Assembly: GCA_035628295.1 (NCBI GenBank)
Contig: DASPKC010000183.1
Location: 1-55,902 of the forward strand
Source: Baekduia sp.
Lineage (GTDB): Bacteria; Actinomycetota; Thermoleophilia; Solirubrobacterales; Solirubrobacteraceae
Length of the DNA: 55,902 nt
Reading direction: 5' to 3'
Shown: piece after piece, positions 27,055-36,888 of the stretch
How the letters are laid out: the number at the start of each line of letters is the position of its first letter
Numbering within the stretch: position 1 is the first letter of the stretch
Program-made: the position numbers and the translations under genes
The notes under the pieces: generated by a model
What the model was told of the DNA's origin: nothing
Seen by the model: the letters and a program-made list of their open reading frames with translations, nothing else
Databases searched by the model: none

Positions 27055-28119
27055 GTGCAGCGGACGGTGGCCCACCTCGATCTGGACGCGTTCTACGCGA
27101 CCGTCGAGCTGCAGCGCCGCCCGGAGCTGCGCGGCCTGCCCGTCATCGTCGCGGGCTCGGGCCCCCGGGCGGTCGTCACGACGGCCAGCTACGAGGCCCG
27201 CCGCTTCGGCATCGGCTCGGCGATGCCCGCGGCCAAGGCCCGCCGGCTGTGCCCGGACGCCATCGTCGTGCCGCCGGACTTCGCGGCCTACCGCGAGGTC
27301 TCGCGCCAGGTGATGGAGCTCGTGCGCGCGCACGTCGAGCAGGTGGAGGTCGTCGGGCTCGACGAGGCCTACCTGGAGCTGACCGGGATGGTCGCGCCGC
27401 GGGCGGCGATGCGCCGCCTGGTCACCGAGATCCGGCAGCGGACGGGCATGAGCGCGTCGGTCGGCATGGGCCCGAACAAGCTCGTCGCCAAGGTGGCCTC
27501 CGACGCCGAGAAGCCGGCCGGCTTCGTCGTCCTCACCCGCGAGCAGGCCTGCGCGCGCTTCGCCCGCCGTCCGCCGTCGCTCGTACCGGGCATCGGCGGC
27601 AAGACCGCGGCGAAGCTCGAGGCGCTGGGGATCACCACGCTCGGCGCGCTCGCGGCGACGTCCGACGACGCGCTGGCCGCGCGCTTCGGCGCCCGTCAGG
27701 GCCCCTGGCTGGCGCGCCGCGCCCGCTTCGAGGACGACGGCGAGGTCACCGGCCACCGCGAGGCCGTCTCGGAGTCACGCGAGACCACGTTCGACGTCGA
27801 CATCGCCGAGGCAGAGCGGATGGAGGCCGTCCTGCGCCGCCTGGCCGCCGAGCTGTGCGCCGGCCTGGCCCGCCACCAGCGGCGCGGGCGGACCATCGCC
27901 ATCAAGGTGCGCCTGGCCGACTTCACGACCGTGACCCGCGCGCGGACGATCGCCGAGCCCACCGCCGACCCGCAGCTCGTCGGCGAGGTCGCCGTGGAGC
28001 TGCTGCGCGAGTACGCGCCGCCGGCACCGGTCCGCCTGCTGGGCGTCCGCGTCGCGTCGTTCGCGCGGCCGTCCGACGCCGCGCGCGACGGCGCCGGGCA
28101 GCTGGCGCTGCCCGTGTGA
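27055..28119 (+). CDS. dinB: DNA polymerase IV
   Basis: HLDLDAFYATVE, TASYEARRFGI.SAMP, LDEAYL, NKLVAKVASD..KP.G, PGIG, VRLLGV. Confidence 0.95.
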   Translation: MQRTVAHLDLDAFYATVELQRRPELRGLPVIVAGSGPRAVVTTASYEARRFGIGSAMPAAKARRLCPDAIVVPPDFAAYREVSRQVMELVRAHVEQVEVVGLDEAYLELTGMVAPRAAMRRLVTEIRQRTGMSASVGMGPNKLVAKVASDAEKPAGFVVLTREQACARFARRPPSLVPGIGGKTAAKLEALGITTLGALAATSDDALAARFGARQGPWLARRARFEDDGEVTGHREAVSESRETTFDVDIAEAERMEAVLRRLAAELCAGLARHQRRGRTIAIKVRLADFTTVTRARTIAEPTADPQLVGEVAVELLREYAPPAPVRLLGVRVASFARPSDAARDGAGQLALPV

Positions 28120-28143
28120 GCGACGTAGGGTCGGCGGCGCACC

Positions 28144-29352
28144 ATGGCCGCGCTGCCCGATCCGTGGGTCGCCGTGGATCCGGTCTCCGACCGGGTCGCC
28201 CACGCGCGGGCGCTGCGGCGGGTGCACGACGCCGTCGTGTCGGGCGCCACCGCGCCGGCCGGGCTGCGCGCCGTGGTCGCGCAGTCGTGGCGGCGGTCGG
28301 GCGCGGCGGGGATCGACCCCGCCCGCCACCTCGCCCCGATCGTCCTGGACGACCGCGAGCTCGAGGCGCGCTGGCACGCCCACCCGCTGTTCCCGGTCCT
28401 GCCGGTCCTGCGCGAGCTGCTGACGGCCGCCACGGCGCAGGCGGCGCACATGATGGTCATCAGCGACGCGCGGGGCGTGCTGCTGTGGATGGAGGGCCAC
28501 CAGCGGGTCATCGAGGCCACCGAGGACATGCACTTCGTCTGCGGCGCCGACTGGAGCGAGGCGGGGGCCGGCACCAACGCGCTGGGCACCGCGATCGCGG
28601 TCGACCACCCGGTGCAGATCTTCTCCGCCGAGCACTTCAACCGGCTCGTGCACCCGTGGCAGTGCTCCGGCGCCCCGATCCACGACCCGGTGACCGGCGA
28701 GATCCTCGGGGTCATCGACCTGACGGGCCACCTGCGCACGGCCCACCCGCACACGCTGGCGCTGGTGGCGGCGGCGGCCGGCATGGCGGAGGCGTTCCTG
28801 CGCGCGCGGGCCGCCGAGCGCGAGGCGCACCTGCGCGAGCGCTACCTGGCGCGCGTCGGCGGCCGGGCCCGGCGCACCGCGCTGGTGGGGCCGGGCGGCC
28901 GGGTGCTGGCCGCCGTCCCGCACGGGTGGGCCGGCGAGCACGTCGACGTGCCGCCGGACGGGGGCGAGGTGCGGCTGGCCGACGGCCGCCTGGTCGTCGC
29001 CGAGCCACTGGGGGAGGGCGGGCACGTGCTGTGGGCGTCGGGCCGGGACGTCGCCGACGTCCCGCCGCTGCGCCCGCGTCTCGAGCTGGGGGCGCCGCGG
29101 CCGCGGGCGGTGCTCGGCGGCCGCGTCGTGGAGCTCTCGCCGCGCCATGCCGACCTGCTGGGCGCGCTGGCGCGCCATCCGGAGGGCCTGAGCGCCGAGG
29201 CGCTCGCGGCTGAGCTCTACGGCACGCGCGGCAAGGCGGTGACCGTTCGCGCCGAGCTCAGCCGCCTGCGCCGCCGGCTGGGCCCGGTGCTGCGCACGCG
29301 GCCCTACCGGCTGGCCGACGAGGTCGACACCGACCTGCCCGCCGGGCGCTAG
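28144..29352 (+). CDS. GAF-domain transcriptional regulator with C-terminal HTH
   Basis: SWRRS, WSE..AGTNALGTA, WQCSGAPIHDP, TVRAELSRLR..RPYRL. Confidence 0.85.
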   Translation: MAALPDPWVAVDPVSDRVAHARALRRVHDAVVSGATAPAGLRAVVAQSWRRSGAAGIDPARHLAPIVLDDRELEARWHAHPLFPVLPVLRELLTAATAQAAHMMVISDARGVLLWMEGHQRVIEATEDMHFVCGADWSEAGAGTNALGTAIAVDHPVQIFSAEHFNRLVHPWQCSGAPIHDPVTGEILGVIDLTGHLRTAHPHTLALVAAAAGMAEAFLRARAAEREAHLRERYLARVGGRARRTALVGPGGRVLAAVPHGWAGEHVDVPPDGGEVRLADGRLVVAEPLGEGGHVLWASGRDVADVPPLRPRLELGAPRPRAVLGGRVVELSPRHADLLGALARHPEGLSAEALAAELYGTRGKAVTVRAELSRLRRRLGPVLRTRPYRLADEVDTDLPAGR

Positions 29353-29363
29353 CGTCCGCGCGC

Positions 29364-30167
29364 ATGCCGCTCGTGGAGGTCGCGCCGGATCGCCGGCTCA
29401 ACGTCGTGCGCCGGGGCAGGCAGGGCGCGCCCGGGCTGCTGCTCGTGCAGGGCATGAGCGGCAACGTGGTGCACTGGACCGAGCCGCTCCTGCAGGCCCT
29501 CCAGGAGCACTTCGACGTCGTGGCCTTCGACCATCGGGGCGTCGGCTGGTCGGACCGGGTGACGGAGCCCTTCTCGATCCGCGATCTCGCCGACGACGGC
29601 GTCCGCGTGCTGGATGCGCTGGGGCTCGAGCGCGCCGCCGTCCTGGGCATCTCGATGGGTGGGATGGTCGCCCAGGAGCTGGCCCTCGCGCATCGCGAGC
29701 GGGTGGACAAGCTGGTGCTCGGTTGCACGTACGCGGGAGGCGCCGGCAGCGCGCTGACCGCGCCCGAGGACTTCGCGCCGCTGGCGGAGGCGATGCGCGC
29801 GGGCGACCGCGACGCGGTCATGCGCCACGGGTTCGACCTGAACCTGTCGTCCGGCTGGGCGCGGAGCCAAGGGGCCTACGAGGAGTTCCAGCGGATCGCC
29901 TCCACCAAGCCGGCGTCCCAGGCGGTGATCATGCTCCAGCTGCAGGCCATCGGCGGCCACGACACCAGCGCCCGGCTGCCTTCGCTCGACGTGCCGACGC
30001 TCGTGGTGCACGGCAGCGACGACCGCATGCTGCCGGTGGCCAACGCCCGGCGCATCGCTGAGCTGATCCCCGGCGCGCGGCTGGAGGTCCTGCACGGCGC
30101 GGGGCACCTGTTCTGGTGGGAGCAGCCCGACCGCGTGCTGGAGCTCCTGGAGGACTTCTTGCTCTAG
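29364..30167 (+). CDS. Alpha/beta hydrolase
   Basis: FDHRGVG, GISMGG, HGSDD, AGH. Confidence 0.9.
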   Translation: MPLVEVAPDRRLNVVRRGRQGAPGLLLVQGMSGNVVHWTEPLLQALQEHFDVVAFDHRGVGWSDRVTEPFSIRDLADDGVRVLDALGLERAAVLGISMGGMVAQELALAHRERVDKLVLGCTYAGGAGSALTAPEDFAPLAEAMRAGDRDAVMRHGFDLNLSSGWARSQGAYEEFQRIASTKPASQAVIMLQLQAIGGHDTSARLPSLDVPTLVVHGSDDRMLPVANARRIAELIPGARLEVLHGAGHLFWWEQPDRVLELLEDFLL

Positions 30168-30907
30168 TAGAGCGCGGCGGCCAGCCGCCGGCGGGCGTCG
30201 CGCGCGAAGGGGTGCTCGACCCCGAGCTCGTCGAGGACCGCGACCACGACGCGCCGCAGGTCGTCCTTGCGCCCGTCGGCCCCCGGCAGCGCCTCGATGA
30301 GCAGGTCGACGCCCTTCTCGCGGTCGCCGGTGTCCAGCGCCGCGAGCGCGTCCTGCGTGCCGGGCAGCGGGTCCTGCTCCAGCCGGATCCGGGCGGCGAG
30401 ACCCTCCGCGGCGAAGTTCCCGGCCACGTTCTCGAGGAGCTCCAGCGCCTCGGTGGAGGCGCCGCGGGCGTGCAGCAGCCGGGCGAGCGCCACCTTGGCG
30501 TCCGTGCGGGCGGGGTCGAGCTCCAGCGCGCGCCGCAGCGACACCTCGTCGCCGCCGGCGGTGAGGCGGTCGGCCTCGCTGGGCACGAGCGCGTCGAAGA
30601 ACTGGGCGACGCGCGCCGGCGGCTGGGCGCCGACGAACTCGCTGACCACCTTGCCGTCCTTGAACGCCTTGACCGCCGGGATGCCCTGGATCCCGAAGGC
30701 CTGGGACAGCTGCGGGTTGGCGTCGGTGTCGACCTTGGCCAGCACCACCTCGCCCTCGCGGGCGTTGGCGGCGTCCTCGAGGACCGGCGTGAGCTGGCGG
30801 CACGGCCCGCACCACGCGGCCCAGAAGTCGACGACCACGGGCACCTGCTTGGAGCGCTCGACGACATCGGTCTGGAAGGTCTGCTCGGTCACGTCGACGA
30901 CGGTCAT
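30164..30907 (-). CDS. Thioredoxin-TPR chaperedoxin (CnoX/YbbN-like)
   Basis: DFWAAWCGPC, IQGIPAV, TPR-like helices, terminal RRRLAAALY. Confidence 0.9.
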   Translation of the reverse strand: MTVVDVTEQTFQTDVVERSKQVPVVVDFWAAWCGPCRQLTPVLEDAANAREGEVVLAKVDTDANPQLSQAFGIQGIPAVKAFKDGKVVSEFVGAQPPARVAQFFDALVPSEADRLTAGGDEVSLRRALELDPARTDAKVALARLLHARGASTEALELLENVAGNFAAEGLAARIRLEQDPLPGTQDALAALDTGDREKGVDLLIEALPGADGRKDDLRRVVVAVLDELGVEHPFARDARRRLAAALY

Positions 30908-30927
30908 CGGCCCCTAGGGTAGTGGCC

Positions 30928-31710
30928 GTGCCCAGCGCCCCGGACCTCCACGTCGAGCAGGCGGGCGACGGCGTCCCGGTCGTGCTCCTGCACGGCCTCA
31001 CGGCCACCCATCGCTACGTCGTGCACGGCTCGCGGGCGCTCGAGCGCTCCGGTCACCGGGTGCTGGCCTATGACGCCCGCGGCCACGGCCGGTCCGCTCC
31101 GGCCGGCGACGGCTACGGCTACGACCGGCTGGCGGAGGACCTCGGGCGGGTGCTCGACGACCACGGCATCGACCGCGCCGTCCTGGCCGGTGCGTCGATG
31201 GGAGCCCACACCGCGCTGCGCTTCGCGCTCGGGCATCCGGGACGGGTGGCGGGGCTCGTCGTGATCACGCCCGCGGCGCACCCGGACGCGCCGCCCGACC
31301 TCGACCGCTGGGACCGGCTCGCGGAGGGCCTGCGCCGCGGCGGCGTCGAGGGCTTCGTCGCGGCCTACGACGCCGGCGAGGTGCCGCCCCAGTGGCAGGA
31401 GACCGTCCTGCGGGTGCTGCACCAGCGCCTCGGCGCCCACGAGCACCCGGAGGCGGTCGCCGACGCGCTGCAGCAGGTCCCGCGGTCGACGCCGTTCGCG
31501 ATCGACGACCTAGGGCGCATCGACGCGCCGTGCGTGGTCGTCGCCGACCGCGACGAGGCCGACCCCGGCCACCCGCTGTGGGTGGGGGAGGCCTACGCCG
31601 ACGCGATCCCCGGGGCGACGCTCGTCGTCGAGGACGAGGGGCAGTCGCCGCTGGCCTGGCAGGGCGGCGCGCTGTCGAAGGTGATCACCGGCGTGGCCGC
31701 GCGCGCCTGA
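30928..31710 (+). CDS. Alpha/beta hydrolase
   Basis: LLHGL, YDARGHGRS, GASMG; start GTG 30928 or 30922. Confidence 0.85.
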   Translation: MPSAPDLHVEQAGDGVPVVLLHGLTATHRYVVHGSRALERSGHRVLAYDARGHGRSAPAGDGYGYDRLAEDLGRVLDDHGIDRAVLAGASMGAHTALRFALGHPGRVAGLVVITPAAHPDAPPDLDRWDRLAEGLRRGGVEGFVAAYDAGEVPPQWQETVLRVLHQRLGAHEHPEAVADALQQVPRSTPFAIDDLGRIDAPCVVVADRDEADPGHPLWVGEAYADAIPGATLVVEDEGQSPLAWQGGALSKVITGVAARA

Positions 31711-31812
31711 TCGCCCTCGGTCGCCCCCACGGAACTTCTCGGTGGTCCCTCCGATGCGAACCGGGGGTCGCGGCGCGCACCATCGTGCACCCACCGACCA
31801 CAGGAGGCCACC

Positions 31813-32805
31813 ATGACGACCCCCACGCAGATGCCCGTAGACACGCCGTTCACCCGCCTGCTCGGGTGCCCGCTGCCCATCCAGAGCGCCCCCATGGCGG
31901 GGGTGGTGCGCGACGCCGCGCTGCCCGCCGCGGTGGCCGCCGCCGGCGGGCACGGCATGATGCCGGGCGCGTTCCTGTCGGCGCCGTACCTGGCCCGGGT
32001 CCTGGACGACCTGGAGCGCAGCGGCACCCGGGCGTTCGGGGTCAACTTCGTCACCCTGCTGCTCGACCCCGCGTGCCTGGAGGTGGCGGCCTCCCGGGCG
32101 CCGCTGGTCGACTTCTTCTTCGGCATGCCGGACCCCGGCCTGGTGGCGCGGGTCCACGAGGCCGGCGCGCTGGCCTCCTGGCAGGTCGTCAGCGCCGAGG
32201 AGGCCCGCGCCGCCCAGGACGCCGGCTGCGATCTCGTCGTCGCGCAGGGTGTGGAGGCCGGCGGCCATCCGCGCGGCGAGCTCGGGCTGCTGGCGCTGCT
32301 CGACGAGGTCCTGGGCGCGGTCGACGTCCCGGTCGTGGCCGCCGGCGGGATCGGCGGACCGCGGGGGGTGGCCGCCGCGCTGGCCGCCGGAGCGGCGGGG
32401 GTGCGCGCCGGGACGCGGTTCATCGCCGCCGAGGAGAGCGCCGCGCACCGGTCCTACAAGGAGGCCCTCGTCGCCGCGCGCGCCCGGGACGCCGTCCTGA
32501 CCCGCCGCTTCTGCGCGGGGGACCCCGTCGAGACGACGCAGCGCGTCCTGCGCTCCAGCCTGGACGCGGCCGAGCGTCTCGACGTCGAGACCGCGGGGGA
32601 GCTCGTGGTCGGCGGCATGCGGCTGCCGGCGCCGCGCTTCGGCTCGCTGCCGCCGACGGAGGGCTCGAGCGGCGCGCTGGACGCCATGCCGCTCTACGCC
32701 GGCCAGTCGGTCGAGGGCGTGCGCCGCGTGGAGCCCGCCGGCGCCATCGTGGCGGAGCTGGCGCGCGGCGCAGCGGTCCTGGCCGGGGGCCTGGTCGAGG
32801 CGTAG
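31813..32805 (+). CDS. Nitronate monooxygenase-family flavoenzyme
   Basis: PIQSAPMAG, QGVEAGGH, PVVAAGGIG, GTRF, LYAGQS; SD AGGAGG. Confidence 0.88.
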   Translation: MTTPTQMPVDTPFTRLLGCPLPIQSAPMAGVVRDAALPAAVAAAGGHGMMPGAFLSAPYLARVLDDLERSGTRAFGVNFVTLLLDPACLEVAASRAPLVDFFFGMPDPGLVARVHEAGALASWQVVSAEEARAAQDAGCDLVVAQGVEAGGHPRGELGLLALLDEVLGAVDVPVVAAGGIGGPRGVAAALAAGAAGVRAGTRFIAAEESAAHRSYKEALVAARARDAVLTRRFCAGDPVETTQRVLRSSLDAAERLDVETAGELVVGGMRLPAPRFGSLPPTEGSSGALDAMPLYAGQSVEGVRRVEPAGAIVAELARGAAVLAGGLVEA

Positions 32806-32814
32806 GATCGGGCC

Positions 32815-35658
32815 GTGTCGGCCGGCGCCCAGGAGGCGACGCGGGGCGCGCTGCTCGAGCGCGAGCACGAGCTCGGGCGCCTCCGGGCGCTCGCCGCGGC
32901 GGCCGCCGCGGGGCGCGGTGGCGCCGTGGTCATCGAGGGCGCCGCCGGCATCGGCAAGACGACGCTCGTGCGCGAGGCGGTGCGCGCAGCGGCCGGCGCG
33001 GGCCTGGAGGTCCTTGCGGCGCGAGGCGGCGAGCTCGAGCGCGACGTCGCCTACGGCCTGGTGCGAGCGCTGCTGGAGCGCCCGGTGGCGGCGGCCGCGC
33101 CGCCCCGGCGCGCCGCGCTGCTGGACGGCGCGGCTGCCCTGGCCGCGCCCGCCGTGGGGCTGCCCGCTGCGGTCGCGGCTGACGCGCCGGGGATCCTGCG
33201 CGACGATCCGACGGGCGCGGCGCTGCACGGCCTGTACTGGCTGACCGCCAACCTGGCCGCCGAGACGCCGCTGCTCGTCGCCGTCGACGACCTCCACTGG
33301 GCCGACGGTGCCTCGCTGCGGTTCCTGGCCTACCTCGCGCGCCGCGTCGACGAGCTGCCGGTGGCGCTCGTCCTGGCGACGCGCCCGCCCGCGGAGTCCC
33401 ATGCCCGCGACCTGCTGGAGGCGCTGCTGGCCGAGCCGCTCGCCGAGCGCCTCCGCCCGCCCGCACTGAGCGCGGCCGCGGTCGCGGCGGTCGTCCTGGA
33501 CCGCCTCGGCGGCCGGGCCGGGCCCGGTGTGGCGGAGGCCTGCGCGGAGGCGACCGGGGGCAACCCGTTCCTGCTCGACGCCCTGCTGACGGCCCTCGCC
33601 GGCCGCGGCGCGGTGGCCGCCGGGGACGTCGGCGAGGCCGGCGCGGAGGCCGCGCGTGCGGGCACCGCGCGGCGGCTGGCGGCGCTCGGCCCCGACGCCC
33701 GCGAGCTGGCCCGCGCCGTGGCCGTGCTCGGGACGGAGGCCGATCCCCGGCGCGCGTGCCGCATCGCCGGTCTGGAGCCCGACGCCGCCCTGCGGGCCGA
33801 GGACGCCCTCATGGAGGCCGGGGTGCTCGCCCGCCGGCGGCCGCTGGACTTCGTCCACCCGCTCGTCCGCGCGGCGGTCGCCGGGGAGCTGTCACCGCCC
33901 GAGCGGGCCCGGCGGCACCTCGGCGCCGCGCGGCTGCTCGACGCCGAGGGCGATGACGCGGAGCGGGTGGCCGCGCACCTGCTGGCCGCCGATGCGCGCG
34001 ACGACCCGTGGGCGGTGCGCGTCCTGCGACGGGCGGCGGCGCGGTCGCTGCGCCGCGGAGCGCCCGAAGCAGCGGTGCGCTACCTGCGCCGCGCGCTCGA
34101 CGAGCCGCCGGCGGCCGACGAGCGGCCGGCCGTGCTGGCCGAGCTCGGGCGGGCGGAGGTCCGCGCCGCCCTGCCCGACGAGGCCGCGGCGCACCTCCGG
34201 GCGGCGCTCGCCGCCACCACGGCGCCCGCCGAGCAGGCGCAGCTCGCGCACGACCTGGCGGTGGCCCTCATCGCGCCGGGCCGCTACGAGGAGGCCGTGG
34301 AGGTCCTCCAGGAGGCCGTCGCGCTCGCGCGCCGGGCCGACGCCGACCTGGCCCGGGGCCTCGAAGCGGAGCTCATCTGCGCTGCGCGCCTGGACCGGCG
34401 GACCGTCGCGCTCTCGGTGACCGCGGCCGCCGAGGCCGCGCGCGACGCGCCGGAGGGCACGCCGGGCGGGCGGATGCTGCGCGCCACCCTGGCCCACGAG
34501 CAGGTCCTGCGCGGCGGCACGGCGGCGCAGACCGCCGAGCACGCGCGCAGCGCGCTGGACGGCGGGCTCATCGAGCAGCTGACCGCCGACTCCGGCCTCG
34601 TGCTGGACGCCGGGTTCGCGCTCATCATCGCCGGCGACTTCCCGGCGGCGGAGGCCGTCTGGGACGCCGCGCTGGAGGACGTGCGCCGGCGGGGCTCGGT
34701 CATCGGCTTCGCCCGCGGCTCCTGCATGCGGTCGCTGCTGCGCCTGCGCCAGGGCCGGCTGCGGGATGCGGAGAGCGAGGCGCGCACGGCGATCGCCGCG
34801 GCGTCGGACGCCGGCTACCAGATCGGCCGCATGGCCCACGGCCCGCTGGTCGAGGCGCTCGTCGCCCAGGGCCAGCTCGGCGAGGCCGCGGAGGCGTTGC
34901 GGACGGCCGGGCTGGACGGGGAGATCCCCGACACGCTGATGCTGAACTTCGTGCTCTTCGCCCGCGCACGGCTGCGGCTGGCCCGTGGCGACCGCGCCGC
35001 GGGCGCGGCGGAGCTGCAGGAGCTCGCGCGGCGCGAGCAGCGCTGGCGGGCACAGGCGCCGGCCGTCTTCCCGTACCGGTCGTTGCTGGCGGGCAGCGGC
35101 GCCGTGGCGCCCGGGGACGCGCGAGCCCTCGCCCGCGAGGAGCTCGAGCTGGCCCGCCGCTGGGGTGCTCCCGGACCGGTCGGGCGCGCGCTGCGGGTCC
35201 TGGGACTCGTGGAGTCCGGCGACGCCGGCCGGACCCTGCTCGAGGAGAGCCTCGCGGTGCTCGACGGCTCGGCGTGGCGGCTCGAGCAGGCCGAGACGCT
35301 CGTGGAGCTGGGGGCGGCGCTGCGGCGGGCGCGGGCGCGCCGTGACGCGCGCGAGCCGCTGCACGCGGGCATGGAGCTCGCGCACTTGTGCGGTGCCGCG
35401 CCGCTGGTCGCGCGGGCGCGCGAGGAGCTGCTGGCCACGGGCGCACGGCCGCGGCGCGTCATGCGCACCGGCGTGGACGCCCTGACGGCCACCGAGCGCC
35501 GGGTCGCCGCCATGGCGGCGGAGGGGATGACCAACCGCCAGATCGCGCAGGCGCTGTTCGTCACGCTGCGTACCGTCGAGAGCCACCTCGGCCGCGTCTA
35601 CCAGAAGCTCGGCGTCGCCTCGCGCGACGAGCTGCCGCCCGAACTCGCGGCCTCGTGA
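32815..35658 (+). CDS. Large ATP-binding LuxR-family (LAL) regulator
   Basis: GAAGIGKT, VDDLHWAD..SL, TGGNPF, FVHPLVR, LuxR HTH LTATERRVA..AAEGMTNRQIA..LFVT.RTVE.HL. Confidence 0.93.
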   Translation: MSAGAQEATRGALLEREHELGRLRALAAAAAAGRGGAVVIEGAAGIGKTTLVREAVRAAAGAGLEVLAARGGELERDVAYGLVRALLERPVAAAAPPRRAALLDGAAALAAPAVGLPAAVAADAPGILRDDPTGAALHGLYWLTANLAAETPLLVAVDDLHWADGASLRFLAYLARRVDELPVALVLATRPPAESHARDLLEALLAEPLAERLRPPALSAAAVAAVVLDRLGGRAGPGVAEACAEATGGNPFLLDALLTALAGRGAVAAGDVGEAGAEAARAGTARRLAALGPDARELARAVAVLGTEADPRRACRIAGLEPDAALRAEDALMEAGVLARRRPLDFVHPLVRAAVAGELSPPERARRHLGAARLLDAEGDDAERVAAHLLAADARDDPWAVRVLRRAAARSLRRGAPEAAVRYLRRALDEPPAADERPAVLAELGRAEVRAALPDEAAAHLRAALAATTAPAEQAQLAHDLAVALIAPGRYEEAVEVLQEAVALARRADADLARGLEAELICAARLDRRTVALSVTAAAEAARDAPEGTPGGRMLRATLAHEQVLRGGTAAQTAEHARSALDGGLIEQLTADSGLVLDAGFALIIAGDFPAAEAVWDAALEDVRRRGSVIGFARGSCMRSLLRLRQGRLRDAESEARTAIAAASDAGYQIGRMAHGPLVEALVAQGQLGEAAEALRTAGLDGEIPDTLMLNFVLFARARLRLARGDRAAGAAELQELARREQRWRAQAPAVFPYRSLLAGSGAVAPGDARALAREELELARRWGAPGPVGRALRVLGLVESGDAGRTLLEESLAVLDGSAWRLEQAETLVELGAALRRARARRDAREPLHAGMELAHLCGAAPLVARAREELLATGARPRRVMRTGVDALTATERRVAAMAAEGMTNRQIAQALFVTLRTVESHLGRVYQKLGVASRDELPPELAAS

Positions 35659-36074
35659 CCGCCGCCGGCTACTCCGGCACGCCCTTGCCGCGCAAGCTCG
35701 GCTTCAAGCCGGACATGCGCGCCGCGCTGCTGGCCGCGCCCCACGGCTTCGACGATGTGCTCGGGGCGCTGCCCGAGGGGGTCCGGCTCACGCGGCGCCT
35801 GGGCGGCTCGTTCGACCTGGTGCTGGTCTTCGTGACCCGCCGCGTGGATCTGGCGCGCCGCCTGGACGCGCTGCGAGCGTCGATCGCCCCCGACGGCATG
35901 CTGTGGGTGGCCTGGCCGAAGCGCGCGTCCGGCGTGGCGACCGACGTCACGGAGGGCGTCATCCGCGAGGTCGCCCTGCCCACCGGCCTGGTCGACACCA
36001 AGGTGTGCGCCATCGATGCGACCTGGTCGGGCCTGCGCCTCGTCATCCGCCAGGAGCTGCGCCGCGCCCCGTAG
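35655..36074 (+). CDS. DUF3052-family protein
   Basis: GYSGTPL.RKLG.K, WVAWPK..SGV.TD, GLVDTKVCAID.TWSGL. Confidence 0.85.
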   Translation: MTAAGYSGTPLPRKLGFKPDMRAALLAAPHGFDDVLGALPEGVRLTRRLGGSFDLVLVFVTRRVDLARRLDALRASIAPDGMLWVAWPKRASGVATDVTEGVIREVALPTGLVDTKVCAIDATWSGLRLVIRQELRRAP

Positions 36075-36084
36075 GGTGCGGCCG

Positions 36085-36879
36085 GTGACCGAGCCCGTCT
36101 TCCGCCGCGAAGGGTCCCTGTTCGTGCCGACCGCCCATGCTGTCGGGCCCTGGGACGTCGGGCAGCTGCACGGCGGGGCTCCGGCCGTCCTCGTGGCGCG
36201 CGCGGTGGAGGCGCTGGAGGCGCCGGTCGCGATGCGCACCTGCCGGATCACGATGGAGTTCCTGGGGGCGGTCCCGGCGGCGCCCCTGCAGGTGCAGGCC
36301 GAGGTCCTGCGCGGCGGGCCCCGGCTGCAGCTGTGTGAGGCGACGCTCAGCTCCGGGGATGGCAAGGTGCTGGTCCGGGCCCGCGCGGTGCGCCTGCGCG
36401 AGGGTGACGTCGACCTGCGCGGCCGCGGCGCGCAGGAGACCGCGACGCCGTTCGCCGGCCCGGAGACGGGCGTGGCGCCGCACTACCCGGGCGGGGCCGG
36501 CCCCGAGCACGAGGGCTTTCACCTCACGGGCATGGACATCCGCTTCCTCGAAGGCGCCATCCACCTGCCCGGTCCGGGGCACGCGTGGTTTCGCCCGGCG
36601 CGGCCCTTCGTCGACGACGAGCCGGTCAGCCCGCTGCAGCGGGCGGTGGCCGCCGCCGACTTCGGCAACGGCGTGAGCAGCGAACTCGACTGGGACGCCC
36701 TGTTCGTCAACACCGACCTCACGGTCAGCCTCCTGCGCCCGCCCGCGGGCGAGTGGGTCCTGCTGGACTCCCGGACGCTGCTGGACCGCGGCGGCAGCGG
36801 CGTCGCGATCTCGCGCCTGTGGGACGCCGCCGGCGAGCTGGGCACCGCCCAGCAGACGTTGTTCGTCGACCGCCGCTGA
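36085..36879 (+). CDS. TesB-like double-hotdog thioesterase
   Basis: GPW...LHGG, AADFGNG, FVNTDLTV.L.R.P.GEW. Confidence 0.85.
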   Translation: MTEPVFRREGSLFVPTAHAVGPWDVGQLHGGAPAVLVARAVEALEAPVAMRTCRITMEFLGAVPAAPLQVQAEVLRGGPRLQLCEATLSSGDGKVLVRARAVRLREGDVDLRGRGAQETATPFAGPETGVAPHYPGGAGPEHEGFHLTGMDIRFLEGAIHLPGPGHAWFRPARPFVDDEPVSPLQRAVAAADFGNGVSSELDWDALFVNTDLTVSLLRPPAGEWVLLDSRTLLDRGGSGVAISRLWDAAGELGTAQQTLFVDRR

Positions 36880-36888
36880 CCCGGCGCG

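Noticed and set aside
32815-35658. LAL regulator as marker of a secondary-metabolite cluster
   Set aside because: No PKS, NRPS, RiPP or terpene genes in the window.
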